From: an uncultured Candidatus Saccharibacteria bacterium
GTDB taxonomy: Bacteria > Patescibacteriota > UBA1384 > XYA2-FULL-43-10 > 1-14-0-10-43-13
Direction of reading: 5' to 3'
DNA length: 32,000 nt
NCBI GenBank assembly: GCA_964543385.1
Contig: CAZIYE010000001.1
Coordinates: 450,001 to 482,000, forward strand
Shown here: positions 31,816 through 32,000 of the stretch, piece after piece
How the letters are laid out: every line of letters starts with the position of its first letter
Numbering within the stretch: the first letter of the stretch is position 1
Notes under the pieces: model-generated
Seen by the model: the letters and a program-made list of their open reading frames with translations, nothing else
Told to the model about the DNA's origin: nothing
Database searches by the model: none
Made by a program: the position numbers and the translations under genes

Positions 31816-32000
31816 ATGATCACTGCCGAAAATATAAAAAATTTGTTTGTCCCAATAATAAATCAGACTGTGACCGCGGAACAGCTTGTAGCTTCAATAG
31901 CCAATATTGCTGCTTCTGTTGCTGGTATAATAGCCTTCTTTTATCTTTTATATGCCGGACTATTATATATAACTTCTGGTAATAATCCAGATCAAGCAAA
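31816..32000 (+). CDS. TrbC/VirB2-like small membrane protein, paralogue 5 (3'-truncated by window edge; not in ORF track)
   Basis: The ATG at 31816 follows an in-frame TAA at 31798. It translates to MITAENIKNLFVPIINQTVTAEQLVASIANIAASVAGIIAFFYLLYAGLLYITSGNNPDQA..., which has the same helix and G-x-L-Y-I-x-S-G-N loop as paralogues 1-4. Confidence 0.55.
   Translation, partial: MITAENIKNLFVPIINQTVTAEQLVASIANIAASVAGIIAFFYLLYAGLLYITSGNNPDQA

Noticed and set aside
1-32000. Possibility of an alternative genetic code (UGA recoded as Gly or Trp, as in some CPR lineages or Mollicutes).
   Set aside because: TGA terminates well-defined genes at conserved C-termini (pilN 4132-4134, kinase 7882-7884, galU 28825-28827, paralogue 3 at 31362-31364). 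All long conserved proteins are intact under code 11.
1-32000. Scan for CRISPR arrays, IS elements or transposases, integrases, prophage genes and toxin-antitoxin pairs.
   Set aside because: I saw no regularly spaced direct repeats, no terminal inverted repeats flanking an ORF, and no recombinase- or transposase-like motifs in any ORF. The only repeats are terminator hairpins and the intragenic helicase peptide repeats.

Overview
This is a visibly AT-rich bacterial chromosomal segment, densely coded and read with the standard genetic code (TGA is used as a stop at 4132-4134, 7882-7884, 28825-28827 and 31362-31364). Most of the window is housekeeping: dnaE, gltX, rplS, rpmA, ndk, galU, an Fe/Mn superoxide dismutase, an Hsp20, a DEAD-box helicase, an M16 peptidase, two glycosyltransferases and five CCA-encoded tRNAs.

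Two envelope or appendage modules stand out.

(1) The left end carries a tightly coupled, secretin-less type IV pilus core operon (pilB, 5'-truncated by the window edge, then pilC, pilM, pilN, a pilO-like gene and an 87-aa bitopic protein). It converges on a PilX-N-like large protein plus a stand-alone receiver. That pair is transcribed divergently from a PAS histidine kinase and a second stand-alone receiver.

(2) The right end carries an operon of galU, an orphan lipoprotein solute-binding protein and at least five tandem, highly diverged two-helix mini-proteins. Their conserved inter-helix loop looks like TrbC/VirB2-type (T4SS) pilins. The fifth copy is not in the supplied ORF track and runs off the window. 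I regard this array as the most interesting candidate system here.

Smaller oddities:
- a 74-nt tRNA-shaped element ending in GCCA that lacks the D-loop and T-loop signatures;
- a tRNA-Arg with a GCG anticodon and a C55 T-loop;
- recurrent junctions of intrinsic terminator, extended -10 box and leaderless ATG;
- an N-terminal S/R/G/F-rich low-complexity domain on a DEVD-box helicase;
- extended L19 and Ndk proteins;
- a tail-anchored HTH protein;
- an uncharacterised Cys-motif gene pair.

Gene content and style suggest, by inference only, a monoderm-like, reduced-genome lineage such as Patescibacteria/CPR. I saw no CRISPR array, transposase, integrase or phage gene. All domain calls come from motifs read by eye. 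No searches were run.
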